Positions 1 to 13,094 of a DNA stretch of 64,000 bases are shown piece after piece (the first letter of the stretch is position 1; every line of letters starts with the position of its first letter). This DNA is from Octopus sinensis. Lineage: Eukaryota. Made by a program: the position numbers and the translations under genes. Below the pieces are notes generated by a model, which had not been told where the DNA came from, did no database searches, and was given only the letters and a program-made list of their open reading frames with translations. The stretch is taken from assembly GCF_006345805.1 (NCBI RefSeq), contig NC_042998.1:62248001-62312000 (forward strand), in the 5' to 3' direction.

Positions 1-1031
1 CCATTCCGTCTTTCTTGTGAATATATGTAAGATTACGTTTTGTAACATATCCTTTCCTTTTGAGACAGCAGAGTGACTCGAGGGATATTTAGGTGCTATT
101 TTTAGGAAATCGAACATCCACATACAGACTCTTGCTGGCTCGTCTGTAGAGGAGTCATGTACGCGTGGCAGAATTAGTCGTTGTGTGTGTGTGGGGGATT
201 CTTGCAAATCCCAAGGATATTACTAGTATATATGAACTAGTTTCAGTTGCAATTAAGATGTATACGAGTTTATAATTCTGAATATATCCACATTTATGAT
301 CATATATATGTGTGTGTTCACACAAATATATGCTTTGAATATATGTAATTTAATTATAAAACACTAACTGCATTTACACACATCCTTCCACGAGCGAGTC
401 AATAAGGGCAACAGCCTTTATGTGGTGGTCGATCTCCTAGAAACAACAGTCAAATTCCTGCTATCAAAAAGGAAATAATTCGATAATGCAGTCGTGGCAA
501 GATTAGCCCTAGCTAGAACATTTTTGCCGTCTTTCATCATTAAGGTCTGCTCAAATCAGAACTGACCTGATGTTAAACATCAACATTAATTTCTTACTAT
601 CAGCTGGAACTAGAATCGACCAAAAACTAAATGCAGTTTTTTTTTTCATATTATTATTGACTATTTTTAATGGAATTTGAAAGATTCTTGTTTCTTTCCC
701 ATCGTCGTCGCCTCAACATGTTTAGTAAATCATGTCACTACTATGCTTCATCTATCTATCTATCTATCTATCTATCTGTCTATCTATTTATCTGTCTATC
801 TATCTGTCTGTCTACCATTGTATGTAAGCATGCATGTATGTATGTATGTATATATATTGAAAATGTACGGGATATCTTGTAGATGGTTTATTTTCAAAGG
901 CTTAACCGGTTTCACAGATTTTTTCTGATTTTCAAAAGTGAGGTAGAAAGACGCGGGGGCTATGCCGCAGCAACTGTCATGATTCTTATATACATACATA
1001 CATACATACACACATACACACACACACACAC

Positions 1032-1102
<71 letters not shown>

Positions 1103-4095
1103 TGTGTTTTATTGAAGTTGAAAATGCTTTAGTGAAAATGATGCTTCAAACCGTTACATTGCTCAAAATATTCCCGACTGTCTGACGATCAGTTACAAGA
1201 AACTCTGAGTAACAGTCTGTGAAGTCTTTTCCGTTTCAATGCAACACTATTTCACTCTCTCTTTGGTATCCGGGTACGATTTTCTTTGCCTTGTTTTGCA
1301 CCTGTGTGCTCGCATGTGTGTTCCTGCGTGTATCTCCCTTTTCTTTTACTTGTTTCAGTCATTTGACTGCGGCCATGCTGGAGCACCGCCTTTAGTCGAG
1401 CAAATCGGCCCTAGGACTTATTCTTTGGAAGCCTAGTACTTTTTCTGTCAGTGTCTTTTGCCGAACCGCTAAGTTACGGAGACTTAAACACACCAGCATC
1501 AGTTGTCAAGCGATGTTGCGGGGACAAACACAGACACAAACATAATCCACTCACAAGGCTTTGGTAGGTTCGAGGCTATAATAATAATAATAATAATAAT
1601 AATAATTGTGTACAGTGCTCAGGTGCACTACAACTCATCTAAAGTGTATATATAATCAGGTGTAGTTTCGGCGGATTTAGTAGAAGACACTTGCCCAACG
1701 TGCCACGCAGTGGGAATGAACCTAGAACCATCTGGTTGGTAAGCAAGCTACTTACCACACAGCCACATTTACTTATTCATTTTCTTGCTTCGATCATTGC
1801 ACTACGTTTTGCTGAACCGCTAATTTGCAGGGACGTAAATAAACCAACACCGTCGCCGTTTTTCAGGCTATGGGGAACAATACAAGCTTGACATACACGC
1901 ACGCATCTCAGCTTTTAATCTACTAAAATGTATTGCGTTATTCTTCAGTTTAAAGTTAAACTGTTTTTATATAACCCGACGTAGAAATAAACCCACGCAC
2001 ACACACTTATGTGACTGGGTTTTGTCTACCAAATTCACACTTCTTGAGGTTTCAGTCGACCCCGAAGGTGCTGAGTTGGAGGGCTGAAAACAAAACTGTA
2101 GTTATCATAACCACGAAACCTTCACTGTATCTCCTCTCTCTACATGTGTGTGTATGTGTGATCCCTGTCCAGAGAATGGCCTTGAAAATTCCCTTGTTTC
2201 TGTAAACGTAAACGTATTTTGAAAACAGTGAACGAAATGAACAAATTCGAGGGAAAATAAGGATGGTCTGCGGTGATAAAAAATAGCTTTTTAACTCCAC
2301 TTAAGACATTCTTTACACTCTTCCTGTGTTGTTTTACTCAGTTCACACGGCGCATGGAAATTATTCCACCAGTTGCCTGTATATATGTATTTGTGTTCTA
2401 CCGAACGAGCAGACCTATCATTAAAGACGTTCCAATCGTGTCCACCCTCATTTTTATTTTGTATACGATACAACATCGTCGCTTTAATGTGTCCCATTAG
2501 GATGTTTATTTCAGGCTGGTTTGGCTGCTATTTCTAGATATCCTTGAGACTACATAGAAGTTTTTTTAGTTTGTTCATGCTCATTTATGCCATTGTTGTT
2601 TAACCCTGAGTTACCTCTGATTGAACAGGCTTGTGTTTAACGACATTCCAACCACAACCATCACGTCGTTTTTCTATGTACTAGAAAGCCCTGGACTATA
2701 TTAATCTTACTTTAAAAAAAAAAATATTGGTTAATGTGTGTATTTTTTAAAGACACTAAGGTTTTGATTAAATAGAGCTTTGATTAGTATTTCTAGCACC
2801 ACGTGGCCAATAAGAGCCCCCTCCCCCACGATTGCTCGCATAGAATAAATATACTATATTATTTGTGTGTATATTTGACATGTGTCTGTTAATGATTGGC
2901 ATTTTCACATCAGCTGACCACACATTGTTAGAAACGACACGATACTGGTTTTTTTTTTGTTTCACCCCCCCCCCCTTCTCCTGCACCCGACCATCTATGC
3001 ATGCATGCGTGTGTAAACGTGTTTGTTTAATCGATTCTTAAGCACAGTACTCTTATTAATAACTCGCTCTCTCAGAGTATTTTATTTGCTTTTTATATTT
3101 AATCATTTAATTTTGCTTACACAAATATCGATATGTCCTTTCATCCAAATATAATTTCATAGTTTTGTGTTAATGAATTATGTAAACATTATCAGAGTTA
3201 TGGGCAGTCGGCTGGCAAAATTGCTAATGCAAATCGAAATAAATACCATGAAGCATTTAATCACAACCTTTAACACCTGGGTCTCATGGAGGCAATGACT
3301 GGGACCTTTAGCATTATGTCATGCTTCAGAAGAAGACCCATCAAGCTGAGCAAAATCTCAGTTGTGGCAGATACCGTGTCCTGCCAATTGGCATCTGTGC
3401 TGGTGGCATTTAAAAGCACTCCGGTCTCACGCAAATGGCACCCATGCCGGTCGAACGTAGAAGCACCCATTACACTCTTGGTGTGGTTGGCGTTAGGAAG
3501 GGCATCCAGCTGCCAGAAAACCATGGAGTCTAGTGCAGCATGCCAGCCAGGTCAAACTGTCCAACCTATGTCAGCATGGACAACAGATGTTAAATGATGA
3601 TGAAGGGTCTGAGTTCAAATCTCACTGTTCTCAATTTTGTCTTTCATTCTTTTGGGGTCAATAAAATAAAATACATATTAAAATACTGGCTTTGATTTAA
3701 CCCCCTTCCCTGTCACTTTTGTACTTTGTCTTTTGCTGCAGTCATTAGACTGAGGTCTTGCTGGAGCACCACCTTCAAGAGCTTAATTCAGTCAAAAGAT
3801 ACCAATATTTCTTTGAAGTCTGGTACTTATTCTATCTGTCTCTTTTGCCAGACTGCTAAGTTACAGGGATTTAAGCATCAATACCTGTTGTTTAACAATG
3901 AGTGGTAAGTATGCATGTCACATGCATACATACATGTGCAGGAGTGGCTGCGTGGTAAGAAGCTTGCTTACCAACCACATGGTCCTGGGTTCAGTCCTAC
4001 TGTGTGGTACCTTGGGCATGTGTCTTCTACTGTAGCTTCGGGCTGACCAAAGCCTTGTGAGTGGATGTGGTAGACGGAAACTGAAAGAAGCCTGT

Positions 4096-4137
<42 letters not shown>

Positions 4138-5224
4138 ATATATGTATGTATTTGTGTGTCTATGTTTGTCCTATCACCATGGCTTGACAACTGATGTTGG
4201 TGTGTTTATGTCCTTGTAGCTTAGCAGTTTGGCAAAAGAGATTGATAGAATAAGCACTAGGCTTAAAAAGAATAAGTTCTGGGGTTGATTTGTTCGACTA
4301 AAGGTGGTGCTCCAGCATGCTTGTAGTCAAATGACTGAAACAAATAAAAGAATGCATGTACATGTCCACACATACTTATGTACAAATACTCAAGGAGGGT
4401 TTCTTTACAGTTTCCATTGCTCACAATTCACTCACAAAGCATTGCTTGCCTCAAGGCTTTAGTAGAGGACACTTAGTTGAGGTGCCACACAATGGGAAAA
4501 AACTTGAATCCATATGGTTGCAAAGCAAACTTCTTAACCACAAAACCATGTCTCTGCCTGTGTTAGAAATTGAAAAAATGCTTTGTTTATCTTTTATTCT
4601 GTTACTTTGTTTCTGTCATTAGACTGCGACCATGCTGGAGCAAGGCCTTGATGAACTTTAGTTGAATGAGTTGATCCCAGTACTGTTTACCTTTTTAGTA
4701 AAGCCTGGTGCTTATTCTATTGGTCTCTTTTGCCAAACTGTTAAGTTACGGAGAGGTGGGGTGTAAACACATGAACATTGGTTGTGTAAGGAAGATCACA
4801 ACCTCTCCCTGAATGGGACACTTGTCCATTGTAGGGTTGAAGGCCAGCAATTTTGAAGATAGGGGACAAGTTGATCACATTGACCTTAGTACTTGACTGG
4901 TATTTCATTTATTGATCCAGAAGGATAAAAGGCAATATGAACCTTGGCAAGATTTGAACTTAGAACATAAAGAGTCAGAAGACATGCTACTTAGCATTTT
5001 GTCCAACATGCTAACAATTCTACCAGCTTGTTGCCCATAACTATAAGGTTACAGATGGTTAATGAGTGCCCTACCCACTAAAGTAGATCTGTTTCTTATT
5101 CCTAGCCTTATTGAAACTAGAGTTAACCAGTGGCTTTATAAGCTTCAGCTCTCTTAACAACAGTATTCATAGGAATCTCTGCAGGCAACACCAGCAGCTG
5201 TGGTTGGGGAGCTTTTGAATATCT

Positions 5225-5832
5225 GGTTTCTGAGCTGTGGTCCTGTGCTGGTGGATGTAAAAGGCACCATTCAAATGGGGTCGATGCCAGTGCTATCTGA
5301 CTGGCTCCTGTGCCAGTGGCACATAAAAAGCACCATTCGAGTGTGGTTGTTGCCAGTAACACCTGACTAGCCCCACTGTGACAGTGGCATGTAAAATCCA
5401 CCATTTTGAGCATGGTTGTTGCCTGCCAGTGCCGCCTGACTGGCTCCCGTACTGTTGGCACATGAAAAGCACTATTCAAGTGTGGATGTTGCAAGGGGTA
5501 CCTAGCTGGCTCTTGTGCTGGTGGCACATAAAAAGTACCATTCGAGCATAGATGTTGCCAGTGCCACCTGGGTGGCTCCTGTGCTAGTGGCACATAAAAA
5601 GCACCATTTGAGCGTGGTCGTTGCCAGTGCCACCTGACTGGTTCCTGTGCTGGTGAAGCATAAAAAGCTCCCACTACACTCTTGGAGTGATTGGCGTTAG
5701 GAAGGGCATCCAGCTGTAGAAACCTTGCCAGATTGGATTGGGGCCTGGTGCAGCCTCCTGGCTTGTCAGTCTTCAGTCAAACCGTCTAATCTATGCCAGC
5801 ATGGAAAGTGGACATTAAACAATGATGATGAT
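5225..5832 (+). mobile_element. SINE family A ((ATG)n tail) with seven internal 65-67-bp subrepeats
   Basis: Core ggagtggttggcgttaggaagggcatccagctgtagaaac...ccaacccatgccagcatgga...cgttaaatgatgatg. More than 25 copies in the window on both strands (e.g. 20260-20785, 23865-24268, 29750-30055, 31385-31686, 60350-60832, 61070-61557 on plus; 14175-14430, 16490-16815, 25020-25375, 35113-35622 on minus). Confidence 0.85.
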
Positions 5833-6509
5833 TGTCACCTTGTTGGGTGCACCCTGTTCTTAATTGAAGTTGCTGCTCCCCTAGAAAGGTTAGCAATAAC
5901 TACAAACTTGGTGGACCTATCATAAATGATTCCTTGAATGTTCCTGTTTTGAGATCTTTTCTGCAGCTGGATGCCTTTATTATTCAGCAACTGCTTTACA
6001 GAATGTATTGGATGTTTTATATTGTGGCACCAGCACTAGGGAGGCTCTCATGTCCACAGTAAGACTGAAGAGTATTCTCAACCTTTTGCTTTCTCCTGAG
6101 AAGAAGACCCATCAAACTGAGAAAAATTGCAGTCTTGGCAGATACTGGTGTCACACAGTTTGGCTCCCGTACCAGTGGCACGTAAATGCACCCTGGTGTC
6201 ATGCAAATGGCACCTGTGCCGGTGGCATGTAAAAGCACCCATTACACTCATGGAGTGGTTGGCATTAGGAAGGGCATTTGACCTCAGAAAACCATGCCAA
6301 ATCAGACTGAAGCCTGGTGTAGCCTTTCAGCATGCTGGCTCAGTCAAACCATCCAACCCATGCCAACATGGACAGTGGATGTTAAATGATGATGATGATG
6401 TACAAGCCAACCATTTATAATGTATATTGGGTGCGTTGTATCACAATACTGTGAAGGCACATGACTTAGTGGTTAGACTGTTTGGCTCATAATTGTAAGG
6501 TCATGAGTT

Positions 6510-6999
6510 TATAGTGGTGTAGGTAGCTAATTAGTTGAATGATCTCCCTTGCAAGGAAGATTGTAGAGTAACCTCCCTTTACTAAGTTTCTTGAAGCATC
6601 TGTGTCATGAGACGTGATTCTTAATTATTCAAAAAGCTTAGTGTTTCTCTTGGAAGTTTCTAGAATGTCTAGTATTCCATTAATAAAAACAGCTTGCTAA
6701 CCCTGCTCTTCGCTTCTTAGTCAATTAGACTTAGAGCCATTCACATCATTGCTATGTCCGTCTATTTCTCTGCACCACATGACTGAAAACTACTACTTAC
6801 CTGTTATTTCTACATTTTCTATCTCTAAACTAGATTCTACATATTGATTCTATGTATCATCATTGACCAGAAAATAAAATATATTTTTATGTAGTAAATA
6901 CATAGGTCTTGAATTTATTCTTCATCTCTTTATGAGCTATTGTAATAACATACACGCAGCTACATCAACACCTGGTACTGACTATATATTTCCTCTACA
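6510..6999. mobile_element. Solo LTR (Gypsy-like), copy 1, inserted in a SINE head
   Basis: Termini TATAG (decayed TGTAG)...CTACA, 4-bp TSD AGTT (6506-6509, 7000-7003). Splits the SINE motif GAGTTCAATTC. Reverse complement of 9183-9686. Confidence 0.8.
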
Positions 7000-7924
7000 A
7001 GTTCAATTCTCAGCAGCATGTTGTGTCCTTAAGCAAGACACTTTATTCACATTGCTCCAGTCCACTAAGCTGGCAAAAATGAGTTGTAACTATATTGCAA
7101 AGGGCCAGCCATATCACATTCTGTGTCATGCTGAATCTCCCGGAGAACTACATTAAGGGTATGCATGTCTGAGGAGTACTCAGCCACCTGCATGTTGATT
7201 CCATAAGCAGGCTGTTCCATTGAGCGGATCAACTAGTACCCTTGTCTTTGTAACTGACAGAGTACCAGTTTGTCACAGTACCAGTGTTAAAGAAATCTGT
7301 CCTCTGGCAAGATTAAAAAGATCTTAACTGTTTGGCTCTTAATGCATGAATAGCTTCCTTTGTATAAGTTTTTTAGAGACTCTGTCTGTAGAAGGTTACA
7401 AATTTGAAATCAAATGAAATTTCAGCTGCTGCTGAACTTGGTAAAAATAGCAGCCACATCTCCTTCAAATCATACTCTGTTGTTGTAGGGTTCCAAATAT
7501 GCAAAAGCAATGGATTGTGGCAACTGAGCATATTTAATCATAGGTCTGCTCAGTCAGGTCTAACCTTGGGCTAGATAATGACAATATATGTAAAATATTC
7601 AATGTGCTTCAGCTGACTTATCTTTGAGAAAGATAAGATAAAAACTCTGGGAATATTATTCGTAGTAAAATTGTTGTTTTGTCAAGTGGAAGATTTCAAA
7701 CCTATCTGTTTAAAGATACATTCTGGTGATAAAAAATGCAAACAAACAAAAACAAAAAAAAAAATCATCTACTTTAGCAGTTAATGAACATTATGAAAAA
7801 CAACTGTTTGATTAATTTGTGTTATATTCCTTCTTATCAATAATGTCTGTCCATTCTTTCTCAGGAACTTCTCTAACTGCAGTTAGGAGAAATAAATCTC
7901 TTTCTAAGAAACCTTTTGCAATTT

Positions 7925-8143
7925 TTAACCCTTTACTATTAAAACTGGCTATGTCCAGTCAAAATATTCTCCCTGTTTTATGTTTAAAGTAGCTATATCT
8001 GGCCTCTTACACCAACTCCGCAATGTCCTAAAAATAAACAAACACATCATCTTGAAGTGACAAGATAATGCATGATTAATTAAAAGCGATGTGAAGAAAT
8101 AAGCAATACATTTGAGAGAGGAATCTGAATGCTAAAGGCTTAA
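7925..8143. mobile_element. TTAA-flanked piggyBac-type MITE (about 220 bp)
   Basis: TTAA|CCCTTTA...TAAAGGC|TTAA. Other copies at 28421-28654, 33641-33866 and (split) 34363-35070. Confidence 0.75.
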
Positions 8144-9182
8144 AGTAAGGTCTCCTGTGCTAGAAAAAGGACTTTGTATGACCCTACTAGATCTGTTCAG
8201 TGTAATGATTCGGAACTCTTTCTCACATCTAATCTCTATCATGGGAATAGATATTAAATATAAAACTTCCCCTAAACCCTAGTTTACTAGCTGATATCAT
8301 CATTATCATCATCATTATCATCATGTTAGCATTCTTCATGACAGATTACTTCAACAGGTTTTGTAGAGTCCATGCTTTCCTCCATTTTTTCCTCCCTTTT
8401 CTGGAATGGTTTTTATAGCCTTACACTAAATAGGAGGACAGCTTCTATGCAGCTCTTTAACTAATCTCCATCTCTGTCAATATACTAGCCATCTCATATA
8501 AAGAGTCGTCTCATTTGCTGATACAGTAACATCTGTTCATCTGACTGACTTCCACACAATTTCTATATATCCAGTGTCACTCTGAGATTTGGTTCCACAC
8601 CATGACATTTGAGCAAGTGCCATTTACCATATCCTTAGGGCAACCCAATCTTTGTGAATGAAATTTGATAGATTGAAACTGCGTGGAAACCTTTCAAAGG
8701 TACTGCCTTGTCTCACTGTGTCACACTGATTTTGATTCTGCTTCAGGAATGCATTAAAGGTACATATAGCTCTGGAGTTCTCAGCCACTTACTTGCTTGT
8801 TCAATGAGAAGGTAGCTCAGTTAATCAAGCATCTGAATATTGTTATTGAAGCTAGTGGCAATCCATTTATACATTTTTGATACACTCCACACACGTACAT
8901 ACATATGTATGTGTACTCTCTTCTGTTTTTAATTATTTAAGTTCTTGCTTGGAAGAAGGATCTGGTTTTAACAAAGAGACAAAAACTCCATTTTTGGAAT
9001 GTTGATAACAAAGATAATGCTACATTTTAAACTTGAGAAAAGTCTTGCATAGTTTTATTGTTCCACTTACAGATTGTATTTGTAAATTGTAAGTTAGTTG
9101 GTTATGTATGTATGTATGTATGTATGCATACATGTCTGGAAGTGGGCATGCATGCATGTCCACTTCCAGACATAGATACACT

Positions 9183-9686
9183 TGTAGTGGTTATATATAG
9201 TCAGTACCATGTGTTGATATGGCTGTGTGTATATTATTACAAGAGTTCATATAGAAATGAAGAATAAATTCAAGAACTATATATTTACTACATAAAAATA
9301 TATTTTATTTACTGTTGATGATACATAATCAAAATGTAGAATCTAGTTGAAAGAATTAAGCTATGCAAGAAGGTTCAGAGATAGAAAATGTAGAAATAAC
9401 AGCTAAGTGGTGGCTTTCAGTCATGTGGCGTTGAGAAATAGATGGACATAGCAATGACGTGAATGGCTCTAAGTCTAATCAACTAAGAAGCGAAGATCAG
9501 GGTTAGCAAGCTGTTTTTATTAATGGAACGCTAAACATTCTAGAAACTTCCAAGAGAAACGGTAAGCTTCTTGAATAATTAAGAATCCCATCTCATGACA
9601 CAGATGCTTCGAGAAACTTAGAAAGGGAGGTTACTCTACAATCTTCCTTGCAAGGGAGATCATTCAACAATTTAGCTACTGCTACA
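9183..9686. mobile_element. Solo LTR (Gypsy-like), copy 2, opposite orientation
   Basis: TGTAG...CTACA termini with 4-bp TSD CACT (9179-9182, 9687-9690); 504 bp, no coding capacity. Confidence 0.85.
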
Positions 9687-9851
9687 CACTTATACTTGCA
9701 TCTGCACGCTTGCTCTTTCCTCCCTTCTTCACTCCCTGTTATCAGAGAACAGCATTCCTATCTAGTTTCTAACCCTTGATTTGATCAAGTTTCAGCTCAT
9801 GAGCCCATGCTGGGGCATCGCCATTTGGTGTTGCTACGTAATTTTACTTCA

Positions 9852-10150
9852 TTAATTCTTTTTAGAAATTGATGTTTGGTGCATGAGGGAGTTTGATGCT
9901 GCTGCCCTCATCTGCACTTCCTGCTGTGAAGTTGGTTCATCTGGGACACTTGACAGTAAGAGGCCTAGTTTCGTTTTGAAGACACCTACATCCACCCCAT
10001 GTAGGTCTCTCGGGTCTTTCGGGAGGATATTGAAGAGTTGTGGGCCTTTAAGGCCTAGGCTGTTGCAATATCTTGTCCTATATCTTGATGGCAAATTTGG
10101 AGTCTTTAGCACTATGCAGTGGCACTCTGTTCTAGCATCAGTGTAACTCT
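9852..10150 (-). mobile_element. 3' fragment of a CR1/L2-group LINE ORF2
   Basis: NSLGLKGPQLFNILPKDPRDL...VFKTKLGLLLSSVPDEP...RAAASNSL resembles the typical C-terminus of CR1/L2-group ORF2. Confidence 0.7.
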
Positions 10151-10210
10151 TGATGCCAAAGTTTTCTCTCTCACTGACTGTTTCTTCTTTTCACTTCTGC
10201 TACGCTCCTT

Positions 10211-10245
10211 TTTTCAGATGAAGGGCTAATGTCCAAAATGTTAAG
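10211..10245 (+). ncRNA. Degenerate Penelope-type minimal hammerhead ribozyme motif (probably inactive)
   Basis: C(A)GATGA-A-GGGC-taat-GTCC-(A)AAA-(T)GTT-AAG. Same architecture as 56466-56500 with three core substitutions. Confidence 0.5.
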
Positions 10246-11163
10246 CTATTGTTCATTGTATTTACACTACACATACACGTATACACTCTTACACATATCT
10301 ATGTATAGATAGTTTACAGATAGCAAATCTTTTATCTTTTACTTGCTTCAGTCATTAGACTGTGGCCATGCTGGGACACGGCCTTGAAGAATTTTAGTTG
10401 AACAAATCAACCCCAGTACTTGGTTTTCTTGTTTTTGAGTCGGGGACTTATTCTGTCAGTCTTTAGCAGAACTGCTAAGTTATGGAGACATAAACATGCC
10501 AATGTGGTGTGTGTATGTCAAGTGGTGATGGTGGACAAACACAGACACAAAGAAAGGGTGCACATGCACACTGGGCTTCTTCCAATTTCCATCTACCAAA
10601 TGCACTCACAAGGTTTTGGTTGGCCTGTGGCTATAGTAGAAGACACTTGCCCAAGGTGCCATGCAGAGGGACTGAACTCGGAACCATGTGGTTGGGTTCT
10701 TCCTACACAGCCATGCCTGTACCTATAAAGATGTAAAAATTTCCATAAAATCTCATTGATCTAAATTTTGAAATGGTCAGTTAAAGAATTTCTATTTAGC
10801 TTTGATTTCCTTGAATGATGTGAATGTAAAAATAAATCTTTCAGCAGTTATGACATAAATCTATCATTGTTTGACAATCCAACAATCCAAACATTTGCTG
10901 ACAACAGCTGTTCATTCTTTGCTTTGTCTGTTAGTTATATTGATTGAAATATGTGTTATTTATTCTAAGACTTAATATCATTTTATTTAAAAGTGTTATG
11001 AATTATATTCAAAGATATTATGTATGGCAATGTGGTTAAGAAGTTTCCTTCTCAACTGCATAGTTTTGGAGTCAGTCCCACTGCATGGCGCTCTTATTCT
11101 ACAGCCCTGGGCCAACCAAAGCCTTGTGACTTGATTTGGTAGATAAATACTGAAAGAAGCCTG

Positions 11164-11195
<32 letters not shown>

Positions 11196-11196
11196 A

Positions 11197-11270
<74 letters not shown>
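11164..11270. repeat. (GT)n-(TA)n compound microsatellite (representative of many)
   Basis: Directly visible. Similar tracts at 990-1100, 11870-11940, 17830-18110, 47190-47450, 52832-52960, 63070-63440. Confidence 0.95.
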
Positions 11271-11272
<2 letters not shown>

Positions 11273-11869
11273 CTTTATATATACTGTGGCAAAACATGCC
11301 ACTGAATAAACATGAGACCACACGCCCAACTAATTCTTCATCCATCTTATAATGGACTTAATGAACTGTGAACCTCAATATCATGTAAGACACTCGGATC
11401 TTTGATCTTTTCTTTTCTGATGTAACCACTATGTATTGCAGGCTTGAGAATGTAGGAATGCCATGATCTCAAGTGCAAACAAAAGTTCCTGAAAATGCTG
11501 AATGCTATTCCCTCCATATCTGATTTTATATCAGAGTGGCCTTGTTCCTAGAGACATGCTATAACAAAAGCTAAGGAGTGCCTCACTCCCAGTGGCCTAC
11601 CAGCATGCTCAACAACCAGAATTTCTGAGGACCCATATTATTGCTAGATAGTCATTGACCCTACACTAATTTCATCTGTCCTTTTGTTTTTAGTCCTGCT
11701 GGGTTTCTAGCAATCCTCCTCACCAGGCAAGCCTAGTGGGGGTGCTGGTTTAGTCCCCAACAACTCAGCCATGTAACAGATTGTACTGGATTCCATGTTA
11801 CTAGTAACACGCATGAGAGGCTTCACAAATGATCCAACATATATACATATATACAAACATGTTTTTATA

Positions 11870-11923
<54 letters not shown>

Positions 11924-12816
11924 CATATGTATATATATGTTTTGTATGTATGCGTGTATATGTTAATCATTGTTAATGATGACATGTTGACACTGAAGGT
12001 TGTTTTTATTTCCACTCTGGGTTGTATTGATGCAGTAAGTCCCAAAGCCCAGGTTCAAGTCTCACAGGCAGCTTCTGACTGTTACCACTGAAGGGGTGAA
12101 GGTTGGCAACAGGAAGGATATCCAACCATAGAAAGTCTGCCGCAACACACTCCATTTAACCCATGCAAACATGGTAAAGTAGATGTTAAAATGATGATGA
12201 TGCATAAATTAACATGGAGTTTTGACTGAAACTTTTAATTTAGATTACCTTAATAGGTGCAAGCATGGCTTTATGGTAAGAAGTTTGCTTTCCAACCACA
12301 TGATTTCGGGTTCAGTATCACTGCATAGCATCTTGTGCCTTCTACTATAGCCTCAAGTCAACCAAAAGCCTTGTGAGTGGATTTGGAAAATGGAAACTGA
12401 AAGAAGCTTTGTGTGTGTGTGTGTTACAATGTCCTTGCCTTGACATGATAGTAGTAAATGAGTGTCACTGTCATACATGTGTAAAACTTATCTGGCTAGG
12501 AGGAAATCTTACCTTGCTTTAAAACAGGTGAGGGTTGGAAGCAGGAAAGGCATGCAGGCATAGAAAATCTGTCTCAATGAATTCCTCCTGACCCATGCAG
12601 GCATGGAAAAGTGGATGGGAAAAACGATGATGTTAATGACTTTAAAACAGAAAGTTTGGATCATAGAACCAGGGGCCATTCTAAGGCAGGTTGCTATCAA
12701 AAGGATTAAATATGATTTCTATGTGGTTTTATATTTTCCTAAGAGCCTAATTGTTTCTCCTTTCTGCAACTTCCATGACTTTTCATGCGTTTTTTCAAAT
12801 TTTTTTCTTTTCACAG

Positions 12817-13039
12817 TGCATTCAGCTCGAAGCCTGTTATTCTGCCTCCGATGCCCCCTCGGAGGTTCTTCCCTTTTGACTCTCTGGTTGTGGAATTCCC
12901 TTTTGGCTCTATCAGTTCCCTGCTAGACTTTGTAAGAGATGATGAAATCATTTTCGTCATGTACTACGCTCCCTGGTGCACCAGGTCGATGGCTGTCAGA
13001 TGGGAGTTCCATAAAGCAGCCAGTTTCATGAAAGACCAG
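12817..13039 (+). CDS. TXNDC11: TXNDC11-like exon (first visible coding exon): start of thioredoxin-like domain 1 with CxxS motif
   Basis: ttttcttttcacAG acceptor and CAG|GTAAGT donor. Encodes AFSSKPVILPPMPPRRFFPFDSLVVEF...IIFVMYYAPWCTRSMAVRWEFHKAASFMKDQ, resembling vertebrate TXNDC11 FYAPWCGQS...DQV as recalled. Phase 2 in, phase 0 out. Confidence 0.93.
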
Positions 13040-13094
13040 GTAAGTTTTTAATTTCCTTCTACATATAAATGTGTATTATTATATTGCTTTCAAA

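Noticed and set aside
5123-5674. 183-aa repetitive ORF and similar SINE-derived ORFs (GAFYVP..., HHHH...)
   Set aside because: Translations of SINE-A internal subrepeats and (ATG)n tails.
6510-9686. A single 3.2-kb element with 500-bp TIRs
   Set aside because: Each arm has its own distinct 4-bp TSD, so these are two independent insertions.
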